Both the position numbers and the translations under genes were made by a program. Shown here piece by piece: positions 51,289 through 60,119 of a DNA stretch of 64,000 nt. The stretch is taken from positions 2,414 to 66,413 of the forward strand of contig JBGAQE010000003.1 in assembly GCA_044220885.1 (NCBI GenBank), written 5' to 3'. The DNA comes from Chitinophagaceae bacterium. GTDB taxonomy: Bacteria > Bacteroidota > Bacteroidia > Chitinophagales > Chitinophagaceae. The first letter of the stretch is position 1. Every line of letters starts with the position of its first letter. Below the pieces are notes generated by a model. The model did not search any database. It saw only the letters and a program-made list of their open reading frames with translations, and was not told the origin of the DNA.

Positions 51289-53736
51289 TTACTCCGATTT
51301 CAGGCTCTTCACCGGACTGGCCATCGCAGCCTTTATAGCCTGGAAACTGATTGTACCCAGAGCAATAACAATAGCGGTGATACCACTTACAGCAAATAAC
51401 CACCAACTGATGCTGATCCTATATACGTAATCCTGCAACCAGTTATTCATGAAATACCATGCAATTGGGGAGGCAATAAAGAAAGCAATAAGGATAAGCA
51501 GAATAAACTCTTTTGAGAACAGATATACGATATTACCTGATGTGGCTCCTAATACTTTTCGAATACCCACTTCCTTTATCCGTTGTACAGCCATAAAAGA
51601 AGCTAACCCATATAAACCCAGACAGCTCAGGAAAATAGCAATGGCTGCAAATATCTTATATAGTTCCGCCAACTGACTTTCCTGCTTATAGAAGCCGGCT
51701 ATCTTATCATCCAGAAAATTGTATTCATATACAAAATCAGGGAATGTCTGTTCGAATATTTGCTTAACAGAAGCAAGTGTTATAGTCATATTCGAAGTAG
51801 CTAATTTTATTCCGGCCTGATTGTACATCGTATTATTTGTTGTAACGAGCAATGGAGCAAGCTCATTTCGCAACGATCGGTCATTAAAATCTTTCAAAAC
51901 ACCTACTACAGGACACTTTATCTGACCTCCCCAAATACTAATCTCCTTATTCAGTATCTCATCAGGTCTCGAAAAGCCCAGACTTCTTACAAGTGATTCA
52001 TTCACCAGAAACTCCTGCGTGAATTTCGACGCCTTGAGGTTTCTGCCGGCAACCAATGGCAATTTGTATGTTGGCACATAGCCAGTATCAGCAAATTTAG
52101 TAATGACTTTAAAGCTCTCTTCTTTCAAAGAATTATCTAACTTGAAAGTACTCCAGGTGTCATTACCATCTTCAACCGGAGTATTGGAAGCAAAACTTAC
52201 AGATTGTATCCCATTCACCTGCATCAGTTTGTTTTGTAAATAATCGAGCCGGCTCATTCTAAGACTATCTACACGAAAGGGGACATTTATCACAGCCTCT
52301 TTATCAAATCCTAGTGGCTGATTCATGAAATAACCCATCTGCTTAATGATTATCAGGGTTCCGATAATCAATGCTTGTGCAATGATGAATTGAAATATCA
52401 CCAAACCCCTCCGCAACGAAACTCCTCTTCCAGCATTTACATTGAGTTTACTCTTTAATGCATTAATTGGATTAAAACGGGATAAAACAATGGAAGGATA
52501 AAAACCGGCTAAGACTGTTACAACAACAGTTATTATTATTAAGAATAAAACATTATACAAACTGCTTAATGCTTTGAAAGATAAAGAAAGCCCGAGGAGT
52601 TGATTAACATAAGGCAATGTCAGGAATGTTATACCTGTGGCAATAACAACTGCAAATAAAACTATCAGGAATGTTTCAATAATAAACTGTGTTCGCAATT
52701 GAGACTTATTTCCTCCTAACACTTTTCTTACTCCAACTTCTTTAGCTCTGTTTACTGCCTGAGCAGTAGATAGGTTGATAAAGTTCACACAGGCAATCAA
52801 TAATATAAATGCTGCAATCAACCATAAAACATTAAGCAACTCCTTACTGATTGTATTGTTACTATAATTGCCAGCTTGTAAATCATAATGAACCTCACTT
52901 AGCGGCTGCGCAAAATGAATATCCTTGTTGATTGGAGATTGAAATTTTGCTGCATACAATTTTAGCTGATTATTAAAATCTGCAACCGATGCATTTGGTT
53001 GCATCATGATATAGCACCCAAAGCCTGCATTTGTCCTGTCTTCCCAATCATCAGATGTTGCAATAATACTTCCAGTAAAGCCAGTATTATATGCAACTAC
53101 AACTTTTAGCTGGAAGTCGGTATTTTCAGGGATAGAAGCAAGTATGCCGGAAACTTTCAAGAGTTCCGTGCCATGTTCAAATAAATATCCACCAACCTGA
53201 AGCTTAATGCTTTTACCTATAGCAGTCTCCCAATCGCCGAAATATTTTTCGGCAACTTCTTTTGTCAGCAACACATTATTGGGCTCTTTTAAAGATTCAT
53301 ATGATCCTGCGAGTAGAGGGAAATCGAACATCGAAAAGAATGAAGGCTCTGTAAAAAACACACCTTTCGCCTCCTTAAATGCCTTTGCAGTAGATCCATT
53401 TTTGTCTGGTATCAGCAATTGGTCGTCGTGGCTTGCAAATATGGGAGCCACTTTATCTATCTGTGAAAATGACTTCTTTAATGCAGTTGGTAATGGAAAA
53501 GGAACATCCTTAACTTTAGAAATAGCAGCATCCCCTGCATGATGTGATTCGGTGAGTATACGATAGATGCGCCTTTTATTTGAATGAAAATCATCGAAGC
53601 TGGTTTGAAGTTGTATGATAATATATATCATCATACACACAGCCACTCCAACCGCCAGACCTGCAATATTGATTATGGTATAACTCCTTTTTCGGAGCAA
53701 ACTTCTAATTGTGGTTTTTAAATAATTTTTTAGCAT
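51289..53736 (-). CDS. ABC transporter permease, MacB/FtsX-like (duplicated)
   Basis: MLKNYLK..IR.L, INIAGLAVG, LIACVNFINLSTAQA..RAKEVGVRKVLG, SCLGLYGL..F...QR.KEVGIRKVLGA and NPVKSLKSE-like end. Confidence 0.93.
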   Translation of the reverse strand: MLKNYLKTTIRSLLRKRSYTIINIAGLAVGVAVCMMIYIIIQLQTSFDDFHSNKRRIYRILTESHHAGDAAISKVKDVPFPLPTALKKSFSQIDKVAPIFASHDDQLLIPDKNGSTAKAFKEAKGVFFTEPSFFSMFDFPLLAGSYESLKEPNNVLLTKEVAEKYFGDWETAIGKSIKLQVGGYLFEHGTELLKVSGILASIPENTDFQLKVVVAYNTGFTGSIIATSDDWEDRTNAGFGCYIMMQPNASVADFNNQLKLYAAKFQSPINKDIHFAQPLSEVHYDLQAGNYSNNTISKELLNVLWLIAAFILLIACVNFINLSTAQAVNRAKEVGVRKVLGGNKSQLRTQFIIETFLIVLFAVVIATGITFLTLPYVNQLLGLSLSFKALSSLYNVLFLIIITVVVTVLAGFYPSIVLSRFNPINALKSKLNVNAGRGVSLRRGLVIFQFIIAQALIIGTLIIIKQMGYFMNQPLGFDKEAVINVPFRVDSLRMSRLDYLQNKLMQVNGIQSVSFASNTPVEDGNDTWSTFKLDNSLKEESFKVITKFADTGYVPTYKLPLVAGRNLKASKFTQEFLVNESLVRSLGFSRPDEILNKEISIWGGQIKCPVVGVLKDFNDRSLRNELAPLLVTTNNTMYNQAGIKLATSNMTITLASVKQIFEQTFPDFVYEYNFLDDKIAGFYKQESQLAELYKIFAAIAIFLSCLGLYGLASFMAVQRIKEVGIRKVLGATSGNIVYLFSKEFILLILIAFFIASPIAWYFMNNWLQDYVYRISISWWLFAVSGITAIVIALGTISFQAIKAAMASPVKSLKSE

Positions 53737-53760
53737 CCCCGGGATATATAGGCAAAAAAG

Positions 53761-53866
53761 CACAATTGAAATGCCAGTCTATTACATTTTGATATTCAAA
53801 TATTTACAAATAGATAAACATGATTTGTGCACGTTTTCGATACACTTATTGTTCGGTTTTGCTACA
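53761..53866 (-). promoter_or_regulatory. Putative sigma-54 promoter with two upstream enhancer-like sites
   Basis: Minus strand TGGCATTTCAATTGT at 53762-53776; 17-bp TG..ACA sites at 53828-53844 and 53850-53866; AT-rich IHF-like tract between them. Confidence 0.5.
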
Positions 53867-53906
53867 ATGTCTATACAACCTTGCTTATCACTTATTTGTA
53901 AATAAA

Positions 53907-53952
53907 GTTGTAAACGGTTGAAAACCTTTAAGGTTTTCAACCATTTACAACC
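53907..53952. repeat. REP-like palindrome family B, copy 5
   Basis: GTTGTAAACGGTTGAAAACC-TTTAA-GGTTTTCAACCATTTACAACC; supplies the VVNG* end of the RibD-like gene. Confidence 0.9.
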
Positions 53953-54512
53953 TTTTCTTTATTTATCCCATAACACAACTCCACCATCCCATTCTTATAT
54001 GCAGTCACATCTTTTAAATACAACTGCTTCTCCTGCCCTATTGCATCAAAAAATGGCAACCCGTCTCCAAGAATAATCGGGAGGATGGTCATCCTGATTT
54101 CATCCGCTAATCCTGAATGAATGAATTCCTTTGTAAGAAAAGCACCACCAACAAGCCAAACGTTCTTGTAGTTCGGCTTCAGTCTGTCAATGACAAGCTT
54201 TGCCAAGTCACCAGAATAAAATTCAATATTCTCTCTGCTGTCAGTAAGTTTCCTGCTGCTAACTACAATGGTTGGTTTGTCGCCATAGGCCCATCCATAA
54301 GTTTTTGAAAGCTCCATAGCTAGTTCATAAGTACGGGAGCCCATTATATAACAGTCGATGCTCTTTAGAAACTCTTCTGGATCTTGTCCCACTACTCCCT
54401 TTTCATAATGACTTGTTGTTTCAAACCAGGAAACACTATTATCCTTTTTGGCTATATAACCATCAAGACTTGAAACCATATGTATTACTATTCTGAATGG
54501 ATTTTCAGCCAT
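53937..54512 (-). CDS. Dihydrofolate reductase / RibD C-terminal domain family protein
   Basis: SSLDGYIA, MGSRTYE, VWLVGG and DEI...ILPIILGDGLPFF. Confidence 0.9.
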   Translation of the reverse strand: MAENPFRIVIHMVSSLDGYIAKKDNSVSWFETTSHYEKGVVGQDPEEFLKSIDCYIMGSRTYELAMELSKTYGWAYGDKPTIVVSSRKLTDSRENIEFYSGDLAKLVIDRLKPNYKNVWLVGGAFLTKEFIHSGLADEIRMTILPIILGDGLPFFDAIGQEKQLYLKDVTAYKNGMVELCYGINKEKVVNG

Positions 54513-54682
54513 AAAATATCAGTTAAGGGAATTGTTGAGCAGGACTATTCGAAAAAATAAAATTATCGATATTATCCGATGTCCATAAGCTATCTAAATA
54601 AATGAGATTAAAATGGTTAGATAAGAATTTGATCGACAAGAATTGAGTCAAGACCTTTGAAATATGCCTCTTTTCAACAATT

Positions 54683-54718
54683 ATTTATTGTTTATCAATA
54701 AATATTTATTTATATTTG
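54683..54718 (+). promoter_or_regulatory. Palindromic operator and -7 promoter box of the DUF2975-HTH operon
   Basis: atttattg-tttat-caataaat palindrome followed by tatatttg (TAnnTTTG). Confidence 0.55.
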
Positions 54719-54733
54719 CTTTCTAAACGAAAA

Positions 54734-55270
54734 ATGATGAAAGCGAAAACAGATACCATTCTTACGGTTTCTAAGATTTTAGCCTTGCTGGCAGCAGTAG
54801 GTTACTCTATTACATGGGGTAGCCAGTTGCTTACATTAGTATCAAGTTTTATCAACCCGGAATGGGCACAGCGTACTTACCAGGTAGACCTAAATGTATT
54901 TAGTATTCGCCAGCATAGTGTCTGGTATTTTGTGTATGCCATGAGCATTACTATTGCCGTTACAGTCTTGAAATCCCTGATCTGGTATGTGGTATTTGAT
55001 TTATTGTCGAAGATTACCCTTCAATCGCCATTTTCAATTAAAGTAGAAAGAAAAATAGAAACTATCGCTTACCTCTTGTTCTTTGTTTGGATTATTGGCA
55101 GCGTATTTTGGAAAATTTATATTCATTATCTAACCCAGGATACCGGTATTGTGTTGGCAGCTAAAAATGGCGAAGATGAATACTTATTCATGGCTGGAAT
55201 GATTTACATCGTTTCACAGATATTCAAACGCGGAATAGAAATTCAGGAAGAGAACGAATTAACCGTATAA
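54734..55270 (+). CDS. DUF2975 membrane protein
   Basis: PFS motif; C-terminal QIFKRGIEIQEENELTV; next to a YozG-like HTH gene. Confidence 0.9.
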   Translation: MMKAKTDTILTVSKILALLAAVGYSITWGSQLLTLVSSFINPEWAQRTYQVDLNVFSIRQHSVWYFVYAMSITIAVTVLKSLIWYVVFDLLSKITLQSPFSIKVERKIETIAYLLFFVWIIGSVFWKIYIHYLTQDTGIVLAAKNGEDEYLFMAGMIYIVSQIFKRGIEIQEENELTV

Positions 55271-55273
55271 TCT

Positions 55274-55495
55274 ATGCCAATTATTGTAAACCTCGATGTA
55301 ATGATGGCTAAGCGAAAAATGTCGCTAAATGAATTATCTGATAAAGTTGGATTAACACTCTCTAATCTGTCAATCCTAAAAACCGGAAAAGCAAAAGCCA
55401 TCCGCTTCAGCACATTAGAAGCTATTTGCAAAACACTGGATTGTCAACCTGCAGATATTCTCGAATATGTTGAATCAGATAAATCAAATTCCTGA
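55274..55495 (+). CDS. Cro/C1-type HTH regulator (YozG-like)
   Basis: MPIIVNLDVMMAKRKMSLNELS..VG.T..NLSILKTGKAKAIRFSTLEAIC..LDCQPADIL. Confidence 0.95.
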   Translation: MPIIVNLDVMMAKRKMSLNELSDKVGLTLSNLSILKTGKAKAIRFSTLEAICKTLDCQPADILEYVESDKSNS

Positions 55496-56979
55496 TGAAA
55501 ATAATATCATTGGTTGTTTTATTTGTTGTTTTTATAAGTACAACAAATGCCCAGAATAATGAAAGAATAATAATAGGGAATAAAACAAACTTTTATTCAA
55601 AAACACTAAATGAAAGCAGACGTATCTGGATATACTCTCCAGATCAAACGGCCATAATCCCTAATCCTGCAAAACAATATCCGGTTGTTTATGTACTGGA
55701 TGGAGATGCCCACTTCCTTTCTACAGTAGGCATGATTCAGCAGTTAAGTCAGGCTAATGGAAATACACTTATCCCCGAAATGATTGTAGTAGGTATAGAG
55801 AACACCAACCGCTTCCGGGATCTCACTCCATCTTCAATCGATTCTGCTGGTGTTAGAAAGGTAAATCCATTTGTAAATTTCCTTGAAAAGGAGCTGATAC
55901 CCTATGTAGATAAGAATTACAAGACGGCACCGTACAGAATATTAATAGGTCATTCTCTTGGAGGACTTACTGCCATTGACATACTCACCAATTCTCCTGC
56001 AATATTCAATGCATATATTGCTATTGATCCAAGTATGTGGTATCAAAATGAAAAACATCTCAAAAACACAGTTTCCAGATTAGGAAGTAATAACTTGAAA
56101 AACAAACGACTTTTCATAGGTACGGCCAATACTATGCCTGCCGGAATGAGTTTAGCCAATTTGAAGAATGACAAGTCAGCAGAAACACAGCATATCCGAT
56201 CCATTTTTTCACTGGATAAATTCCTTAAAAGCCAGACCGGTTCGCAATTAAAATATTCGATGAAATATTATGCCACTGAAGATCATAATTCAGTTCCTTT
56301 AATAAGCGAATATGATGGGTTACGATACATTTTCGACTATTATCAGATAAATATCACAACCAGGGAATTAAGTGATTCATCGGCCAATATAGCAGGAAAA
56401 TACAGGCAGCATTATAAAAAGATATCAGATGAATTAGGATATAAAAATGCACCACCGGAAGCATTCATAAATTATCTGGCTTACGATGCGCTGTCAAAGA
56501 AACAATATGCAAGAGCTCAGGCCTTGTTTCTGCTGAATATCGAAAACTTCCCAAACAGTAATAATGTATATGATTCTTATGGCGACTATTATATAGCAAG
56601 AAAAGATTCTCTTAATGCCATAACGAATTACAAAAAAGCTTTGTCCTTAAAAAACGATATAAGAACTCAAAACAAAATTCTTGTTTTAACTCAATCAGGT
56701 AAATACACCCTCAGCCCTGCTGAATTAGAAAAATATGCAGGTGTATACACTCTGGAAGCATATAAGATGGACGTTATCCTGGTTATTGTTGAAGGGAAAC
56801 TTATAGCAAAAGTGGCTGGTCAGGAAGATGATGAAATGGTGCCTATTGCAAAAGATATCTTTACAGTTAAAAACAAACAAGGCTATACTATTACTTTTCA
56901 AATGAATGAAAACAGAGCCATTTCATTTACTTCGGTACAGCCAAATGGGATATTTAAAGCGAACTTAAAGAATAAATAA
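55495..56979 (+). CDS. Secreted alpha/beta-hydrolase esterase (IroE-like) with TPR and DUF3471-like C-terminus
   Basis: YPVVYVLDG, RFRDLTP, GHSLGG, EDHNSVP; NVYDSYGDYY TPR; LEKYAGVY. Confidence 0.88.
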   Translation: MKIISLVVLFVVFISTTNAQNNERIIIGNKTNFYSKTLNESRRIWIYSPDQTAIIPNPAKQYPVVYVLDGDAHFLSTVGMIQQLSQANGNTLIPEMIVVGIENTNRFRDLTPSSIDSAGVRKVNPFVNFLEKELIPYVDKNYKTAPYRILIGHSLGGLTAIDILTNSPAIFNAYIAIDPSMWYQNEKHLKNTVSRLGSNNLKNKRLFIGTANTMPAGMSLANLKNDKSAETQHIRSIFSLDKFLKSQTGSQLKYSMKYYATEDHNSVPLISEYDGLRYIFDYYQINITTRELSDSSANIAGKYRQHYKKISDELGYKNAPPEAFINYLAYDALSKKQYARAQALFLLNIENFPNSNNVYDSYGDYYIARKDSLNAITNYKKALSLKNDIRTQNKILVLTQSGKYTLSPAELEKYAGVYTLEAYKMDVILVIVEGKLIAKVAGQEDDEMVPIAKDIFTVKNKQGYTITFQMNENRAISFTSVQPNGIFKANLKNK

Positions 56980-56990
56980 TTTTATAGCTT

Positions 56991-57209
56991 CTAAGAAGTC
57001 TTCCCCTTGAATGTAGCATATATAGCCATCGCATGACCATGCCCTAATTCAAATTCCTCCTTAAGCCAATTGGTGATTTCAGTAGCTTTTGTTTTTGGAT
57101 TGATTTCTCCCTTAACAATAAATCCCTTTTTTTCAGCTAATTTTTTAAAATCACCAGGAGTCTTACCTGTCTTGGCTTTGATATTATCTATATATGCCTG
57201 AAATGACAT
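56991..57209 (-). CDS. DUF4287 protein
   Basis: MSFQAYIDNIKAKTGK...WLKEEFELGHGHAMAI. Confidence 0.9.
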   Translation of the reverse strand: MSFQAYIDNIKAKTGKTPGDFKKLAEKKGFIVKGEINPKTKATEITNWLKEEFELGHGHAMAIYATFKGKTS

Positions 57210-57226
57210 GATATCGTTTTTAATAT

Positions 57227-57877
57227 TTATATTGATTTAACTACTATGCTTGCAACGAGTATAGGATAAAGTAAATAACACAAGACCAATAGTCGGTTCG
57301 CCCATCCATGAATACCAATAACTCCTTTGGGTAATACTGTCAATGGGGGTACATCCGGCCCAAAAGCTATGCCCGCTTTTTTAAGGCTGGAGAAGAAATA
57401 CATCATTAAACCAGCCATAAGTACCAAACTTATCCAAATGCTATGAGCAGAAAGTAATAAAGTAGAGCTATGGCCCTGCCACTCTGTTTTATCTATTAAG
57501 TGATAAGAAATAATCAAAGCACCAATAGGCATAAATGGGACTCCTATAGCAAATGCAAGTCCATGCAACTTATGTTTTACATCAAATAAGCCTCCCATAA
57601 TTGCTCCTATGCCTGTTAGAAACATTAAAACCACAGCAAATTTTGCCCAGCCTGAACTAACAATTGTCCATAGCATAATTCCTGAGCATATTGAACAAAG
57701 TCCCCAGCTAATAAAGAAAACTGTCAATAGCCATTTATGTTTTCCCAAGGCATATTCACTTACCATCCTGAAACCAGGTTTGAATTCTGAGCTTACAAAA
57801 TGTAAGATCAGGAGACAAAGAATGGAAATCGACCCAAATGCTATAGTGGCGCTTGCTAATAAAAATGAACTATTCAT
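57227..57877 (-). CDS. DUF998 membrane protein
   Basis: LH......P....VSEYALG, LHG and G.ANRLL. Confidence 0.85.
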   Translation of the reverse strand: MNSSFLLASATIAFGSISILCLLILHFVSSEFKPGFRMVSEYALGKHKWLLTVFFISWGLCSICSGIMLWTIVSSGWAKFAVVLMFLTGIGAIMGGLFDVKHKLHGLAFAIGVPFMPIGALIISYHLIDKTEWQGHSSTLLLSAHSIWISLVLMAGLMMYFFSSLKKAGIAFGPDVPPLTVLPKGVIGIHGWANRLLVLCYLLYPILVASIVVKSI

Positions 57878-57914
57878 TGTTTTAATTTGCTGATGTACAA
57901 ATAGTGGTTAGGAT

Positions 57915-58349
57915 TTATTTACTTTCCTTCTTAGCTGAGCCTCCAAACAGAATGACCTCTTTAAGCGTATCAATATCTATATCCTTCAATGATTTGAATT
58001 TAATACAATAACCGGTAACACTTGCCTTACCCAACTTTTTGCCATAGGTCTTAGCCAGGTAGGTCTTATCATCAATTCCCATTATATACACAGAAATACC
58101 GGTTGTGTTGGCGCTGAGTCCAACCTGATAAAACTCTTTCGTTTTCCCATCAGCATACTTCATTGTTTGAAGTCCATACCCGATATTCGGATTAGAAACA
58201 ACTTTATTCTCGCTGTTCTTCCCATCCAGAAACCAAAGCTTGCATTTGGGTAACAGTTTAAGAGTCATATTATGCAATTCCTGCATTTCACTTTGTTTCG
58301 CTTCAGGTTGCCCAGCGATATACTCTTTGATCTGTGCTTTAATGTCCAT
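57915..58349 (-). CDS. DUF1801 protein
   Basis: I..YI......KQ.EM..LH, IGYG...Y and LGKASVTGYCIKFKSLKDI. Confidence 0.85.
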   Translation of the reverse strand: MDIKAQIKEYIAGQPEAKQSEMQELHNMTLKLLPKCKLWFLDGKNSENKVVSNPNIGYGLQTMKYADGKTKEFYQVGLSANTTGISVYIMGIDDKTYLAKTYGKKLGKASVTGYCIKFKSLKDIDIDTLKEVILFGGSAKKESK

Positions 58350-58388
58350 AATTGAAAGAATGAATTATGAAGTATGTTTTCTATTCTG

Positions 58389-58886
58389 TCATCTTTTAGA
58401 TAATCCCGCTAATAAATTTTCAAGTGTTTGCAATGTAATAGTAAACCCTTTTGTAAAGCCTTCAAGCAGCATTTCCATACGCTCAAAGGATTCATTATAG
58501 ATGGTTATGTTCACTTTCGTGATACCATTTTCTTCGCTGAAATTATAATCCCATTCCGAACCTGTTAAATCAGGATTTTCATCCTTATCAGCGAATGAAT
58601 TGAATAATTTGAAATTGGTCATTGGGGTGATGGATGTGTATCGTTGAAGAACCCAGCGTTCCTGTCCTTCCGGACTAACCATCGCATAAAACCGTTTGCC
58701 CCCAACTTCAAAATTCATATGTTTTGTCCGACAAAAGAAGTGTGGCGGTGCCGTCCATTGGTCGAGTAATTCCTTTGTTGTGAAGGCTTCCCAAACCAAT
58801 GAAAGTTCAGCATCAAACTCCCTTGTTATATAAATGGTTTTTGCTGGTTTATCTACTGTGAAATCAAATAGCAGGTTAGTACTCAT
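58389..58886 (-). CDS. SRPBCC/AHSA1 (START-like) domain protein
   Basis: ITREFDA....VWEAFT..ELLDQW.AP and FEVGG..FYAM..PEG. Confidence 0.9.
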   Translation of the reverse strand: MSTNLLFDFTVDKPAKTIYITREFDAELSLVWEAFTTKELLDQWTAPPHFFCRTKHMNFEVGGKRFYAMVSPEGQERWVLQRYTSITPMTNFKLFNSFADKDENPDLTGSEWDYNFSEENGITKVNITIYNESFERMEMLLEGFTKGFTITLQTLENLLAGLSKR

Positions 58887-59203
58887 TTTCGTTGCTTTTT
58901 CATTTTTGATAATACACTATCTAATTGATTAAACTGTGTTTCCCAGTTTTTCCTGAATTGGGCCAGCCAATTGTCGAGTTCTTTCATTCGTTGGGGATTG
59001 AAGTGATAATATATCTGTCTTCCCGACTGCTCAGGTTTAATCAATTCGCATTCCTGTAGTACTTTAATATGTTTTGATACTGCCTGACGGCTCATATCAA
59101 ATTTCTCTGCCATGGCATTGGGCGTTAATGCCTGCATGGCAATCAACGCTAAAATAGCCCGGCGGGTGGGGTCAGCTATCGCCTGGAAAATATCAGTTTT
59201 CAT
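58883..59203 (-). CDS. ArsR/SmtB family transcriptional regulator
   Basis: [27 protein letters not shown] and GRQIYY. Confidence 0.95.
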   Translation of the reverse strand: MKTDIFQAIADPTRRAILALIAMQALTPNAMAEKFDMSRQAVSKHIKVLQECELIKPEQSGRQIYYHFNPQRMKELDNWLAQFRKNWETQFNQLDSVLSKMKKQRK

Positions 59204-59221
59204 GATTCAATAGTCTTTTAT

Positions 59222-59265
59222 GCAACTTTCCGGTTGCTAATATATGTGCAACTTTCGAGTTGCAC
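59222..59265. promoter_or_regulatory. Tandem palindromic ArsR operator
   Basis: gcaac-tttccg-gttgc (59222-59237) and gtgcaac-tttcga-gttgcac (59246-59265), just upstream of arsR. Confidence 0.7.
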
Positions 59266-59342
59266 AAATTTTTTGACCCTTATTTTAAAAATGGGGTAAA
59301 ATATCCATTGATAGTTAGCCAGGATATCCAGAAAGCATTTAC

Positions 59343-60023
59343 TCACTCACCTGCATAAGGATCCTTTATCTTTTTAGCAGCATAATAAATATTCGAAAAT
59401 TTCACTTCACACTTTTCACCAGTTGGAGATTGTGCTAAAAATCCGATTTTGAGGGATTTAGTATTGTTGAACTGAAGGTGCCTGACCAATAACCACTTTT
59501 TTCCGTCAAGGGAATAATACATAGTTATTACATTTCCGGCCTTTGCTAATTTATAATAAACCTTGTCAACGGGAATGGCTGCAGAATTACAGTCATCAGA
59601 AATATCCTTTGTTACAACAGTAACCACTCTCCTGGCTCCTGTATAGTCCTTTTCAAAACAAAATTTTATCCAGTTCATATTATCTTCCAATACAACTATG
59701 GCGCCGCCATCCCATTTATTAGCAAATGAATGCTGTATGGCAGCTGAAAAAACGAAGTCTTCGTCTGCTGTAAACAATAGCTTAGGCGCATTATCGGTAT
59801 TGTAAGTAACATTAGGATCCCGGAACATATCCGTTTTTGGTCCTGCCAGAATTGTTAACACCCCATTCCTGAATGAAAATTTAATGGGGTCATTATACCA
59901 GGCCATGCCATGTGGAATTGCAGCTATCCGTATTGAATCCTTTTGTTGCGCTAACAATGAGTTGAGTGAGAATAAAAACAAACTTAGAAATAGTGCAAAA
60001 ATTGCCAGTTTTGACTTTTTCAT
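59343..60023 (-). CDS. DUF1349 (ConA-like) secreted protein
   Basis: KTDMF.DP....DNAP.L, WIKFCFE, VVT...SDD.N, YSLDGK.W..VR and G..AQSP.G. Confidence 0.85.
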   Translation of the reverse strand: MKKSKLAIFALFLSLFLFSLNSLLAQQKDSIRIAAIPHGMAWYNDPIKFSFRNGVLTILAGPKTDMFRDPNVTYNTDNAPKLLFTADEDFVFSAAIQHSFANKWDGGAIVVLEDNMNWIKFCFEKDYTGARRVVTVVTKDISDDCNSAAIPVDKVYYKLAKAGNVITMYYSLDGKKWLLVRHLQFNNTKSLKIGFLAQSPTGEKCEVKFSNIYYAAKKIKDPYAGE

Positions 60024-60119
60024 ATCATGACTTTAAGTTGTTCACCAAAAACTCTTAGATGTAAATTACAATTGATCAGCTGAAAAATGAAATAACGAAA
60101 ATTAAAATTATTTCAGGAT

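Noticed and set aside
44223-53952. Family B as CRISPR repeats (GTTGT...ACAAC ends and 46-47 bp length recall Bacteroidota type II-C/VI-B repeats)
   Set aside because: Copies are dispersed 0.2-5 kb apart with whole genes between them, are fully palindromic, have no regular spacers, and no cas genes are present.
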